Assembly: GCA_963666835.2 (NCBI GenBank)
Contig: CAXXGO010000003.1
Span: 64,001-128,000 of the forward strand
DNA from: Phycisphaerae bacterium
GTDB lineage: Bacteria; Planctomycetota; Phycisphaerae; UBA1845
Direction of reading: 5' to 3'
Length of the DNA stretch: 64,000 nucleotides
Numbering within the stretch: position 1 is the first letter of the stretch; each line of letters starts with the position of its first letter. The notes beneath the pieces were generated by a model, which was given only the letters and a program-made list of their open reading frames with translations, ran no database searches and was not told the origin of the DNA. A program made the translations under genes and the position numbers. Below, piece after piece: positions 61,819 through 64,000 of the stretch.

Positions 61819-62766
61819 ATGGCTATGGCACGTTTCGGGTCAGTCTTGGTGTTGATGGTTCTTTCCAGCGTTTCCTTCGTAGCGGTTGCCAGTGCCGATC
61901 CGGCTGTAATCGCCGGAAGCGATGATCCGCCGGTGAGCCCGCCGACGTTCTGGGCCGATTCCTTCTGGGGCATCCATTCAACCATAGAACGGGCATTCCC
62001 GTTCACAATAGACGATGGGGGGCAGTACTTCCTGGAGGAGTTGGAGGTCGCCGTCTACCGCTACGAGTTTGGCGGGTCGACTGCCGAGTTCTCGATCAAC
62101 TCGGACGAGGGAGGAGTACCGGGTGCGGAAATCGCAGCCTTCGCCGTGCAGGGCGTAACTACCGTTCAACAGGTCTTGACCGCTGTACTCTCAGAGCATG
62201 TAACGCTTGATCCCGATACGCAGTATTGGATTGCGGGAAGCACGACCGAGAGCCAGGTGAATTGGAGTCTCGGCGACGGCACGTTCGGTTCCGCTGCCTA
62301 TCGCGTTAGCGGGGGCGATTGGGTTTATGACGATTACGCCAACGTGTCCGCGTTCACGCTTTTGGGCATACCGGTCGGAACCGGTGCTTGCTGTGTCGAC
62401 ACGGCCTGCCATATCACGACGGAAGCCGATTGTGCGGATTCGGGCGGGAGCTTCTTCGGCGTAGATTCTACCTGCGACGCTCCAGACGCTGACGGTGACG
62501 GCCTGCGGGACGAGTGCGACGAATGCCCCTTCGATCAGGACAAGATTGAGCCCGGCGTTTGCGGCTGCGGACTGGATGACGACGCCGACGCCGACGGTGA
62601 CGGCGTGCCCGACTGTCATGACGAATGCCCCGGGGCGGACGACAGCGTCTTCGCACCGGCTTGCCTGGGCTCGATCCCGACAGTCTCCCAATGGGGCTTG
62701 ATCGTGTTGACGCTGCTGCTACTTGCGGGTGCGAAGGTCCGTTTTGGGTGCAGACGCTTTGTGTGA
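61819..62766 (+). CDS. Exported protein with Cys/Asp-rich repeats and IPTL-CTERM-like sorting tail
   Basis: Signal peptide; GACC..C motif; DADGDG..D.CD.CP (thrombospondin type-3-like); IPTVSQWGL + TM + basic tail. Confidence 0.82.
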   Translation: MAMARFGSVLVLMVLSSVSFVAVASADPAVIAGSDDPPVSPPTFWADSFWGIHSTIERAFPFTIDDGGQYFLEELEVAVYRYEFGGSTAEFSINSDEGGVPGAEIAAFAVQGVTTVQQVLTAVLSEHVTLDPDTQYWIAGSTTESQVNWSLGDGTFGSAAYRVSGGDWVYDDYANVSAFTLLGIPVGTGACCVDTACHITTEADCADSGGSFFGVDSTCDAPDADGDGLRDECDECPFDQDKIEPGVCGCGLDDDADADGDGVPDCHDECPGADDSVFAPACLGSIPTVSQWGLIVLTLLLLAGAKVRFGCRRFV

Positions 62767-62942
62767 AGACGCGCGTTTAGGGGGGCGTTGAGAGAGGGAG
62801 CCGGCTCCCGGGCAGATGGACGTCTGTGCTTTCGCCAACTCTCACGATTGGGTACATGCCGAAGCGGCGGAGTCAGCTACTACCCAAGCCCACGACCGAT
62901 CGCGACGGGGTGACGTTGGGAGACAGACGGAGGACGGTCGCG

Positions 62943-63704
62943 ATGTTCTTGATGTACGTGGACGAAAGCGGAGACTGCGGGATTGCGAAATCCCGTACAG
63001 ACTATTTCGTTCTGTCGGGGCTTGTCGTTCATGAGCTTCGCTGGCTGGAATGCCTGAACCAGCTTGTAGATTTCAGGCAACGAATGCGAGCTGCATTCGG
63101 TTTGAAGTTACGGGAAGAGATCCATGCGGGAGCCTACCTGACCAGGCCGGGATCACTTATTCGCATCAAGAAGAACGACCGCCTTACCATCTTGCGGTTG
63201 TTTGCAGAAGAGCTGGCGTCGATGGAGAGTCTGAGCGCCATCAACGTGATCGTCGACAAGAGCGGAAAACCGGACGACTATGATGTGTTCGAGAACGCGT
63301 GGCGAGCACTTATCCAGCGGTTTCAGAACACGATCTCGCATCGGAATTTTCCGGGGCCAACGAACCCCGATGAGCGTGGCATCCTCTTTCCCGACGATAC
63401 TGACAACAAGAAACTCCGTGTGTTGCTGCGGAAGATGCGCAAATACAATCCGATACCCAATAGGGCGCGGCAAGGTTATCGAGACATGCCGCTGGCGAGC
63501 ATTATCGAGGATCCGAATTTCCGGCGTTCCGACGATTCGTATTTTGTGCAGGCTGCCGATCTCGTCGCGTTCACGTTGTACCAAAAGCACGCCCCTAACT
63601 GCTACATTCGCAAGAAAGGGGCTAGGAACTACTTCGATAAGCTTGAGCCCATTCTGTGCAAGGTGGCCAGCAAGAGTGATCCGTACGGACTCGTGCGGCT
63701 TTAG
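62943..63704 (+). CDS. DUF3800-family protein (predicted RNase H-like fold)
   Basis: N-terminal YVDESG, C-terminal VQAADLVA, GGAGG RBS upstream of 62943. Confidence 0.88.
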   Translation: MFLMYVDESGDCGIAKSRTDYFVLSGLVVHELRWLECLNQLVDFRQRMRAAFGLKLREEIHAGAYLTRPGSLIRIKKNDRLTILRLFAEELASMESLSAINVIVDKSGKPDDYDVFENAWRALIQRFQNTISHRNFPGPTNPDERGILFPDDTDNKKLRVLLRKMRKYNPIPNRARQGYRDMPLASIIEDPNFRRSDDSYFVQAADLVAFTLYQKHAPNCYIRKKGARNYFDKLEPILCKVASKSDPYGLVRL

Positions 63705-63709
63705 CGAAC

Positions 63710-63733
63710 AAAAAAGGACGCCTTGCGGCGTCC
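63710..63733 (-). terminator. Intrinsic terminator on the minus strand
   Basis: Perfect 7-bp stem GGACGCC/GGCGTCC, GCAA (GNRA) loop, followed by U6 on the minus strand only. Confidence 0.8.
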
Positions 63734-63774
63734 CGGATGGATCCTACTAACCAGTCTGGCTGGCGGTCAGATCC
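63710..63774 (-). ncRNA. Putative ~65-nt DUF3800-associated structured RNA
   Basis: Predicted transcript GGAUCU-GACC-GCCAG-CCAGA-CUGGU-UAGUA-GGAUCC-AUCCG-GGACGCC-GCAA-GGCGUCC-UUUUUU, bounded by a promoter and a terminator. Confidence 0.7.
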
Positions 63775-63780
63775 AACTAT

Positions 63781-63809
63781 AATGTACTACATCCTGTGCT
63801 GCCCGTCAA
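63781..63809 (-). promoter_or_regulatory. Sigma70-type promoter for the putative ncRNA
   Basis: TTGACG (63809-63804), 17-bp spacer, TACATT (63786-63781); predicted +1 G at about 63774. Confidence 0.65.
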
Positions 63810-63938
63810 CCAAAATGTTGGTTCAGACAACAGGTGGCGGGCCGGATTTCGAGACGGATAGTCCTTGATCTTGAACGCACGATAAGGTACAGTCGGGGTT
63901 TAGCGGCTTGATCCGATTGCTTTTTGCGAGGGGATTCC

Positions 63939-64000
63939 ATGTTGCGAGCACGCTACTCCACGAGTCTTGTTCTCCTGGTTCTGACGGTGTTCCCGACCAC
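63939..64000 (+). CDS. 5' end of a probable exported protein (partial)
   Basis: GAGGGG then ATG; MLRARYSTSLVLLVLTVFPT resembles a signal peptide; runs off the window. Confidence 0.45.
   Translation, partial: MLRARYSTSLVLLVLTVFPT

Noticed and set aside
63716..63733. Plain plus-strand terminator for DUF3800
   Set aside because: No U-tract follows the hairpin on the plus strand; the loop and U-run fit the minus strand, though some bidirectional activity cannot be excluded.

Overview
High-GC bacterial chromosomal segment, most likely Planctomycetota/Phycisphaerae (inferred from the kinase-type TPR gene, DUF1570, HEAT-repeat and IPTL-CTERM proteins). Left to right: TPR gene end, REP-like array, uvrB, purH, pduO, an O-antigen-ligase/TPR protein, a complete nuoA-N complex I operon interrupted by a membrane protein between nuoE and nuoF, nnrE, trkAH, a peptidase, tag, a complete IS1595-family element with an 8-bp target duplication, a HEAT protein, Nfu, a four-gene non-pyrrolysine MttB/corrinoid/split methionine-synthase operon, a 13-gene glycan-tailoring cluster, carbonic anhydrase-archease-rtcB and an IPTL-CTERM protein. 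The most notable signal is a DUF3800 (RNase H-like) gene followed by a convergent ~65-nt structured RNA with its own predicted sigma70 promoter and intrinsic terminator, a candidate protein+ncRNA system. All calls come from motif recognition by eye; no searches were run. Several start coordinates are adjusted from the ORF track.
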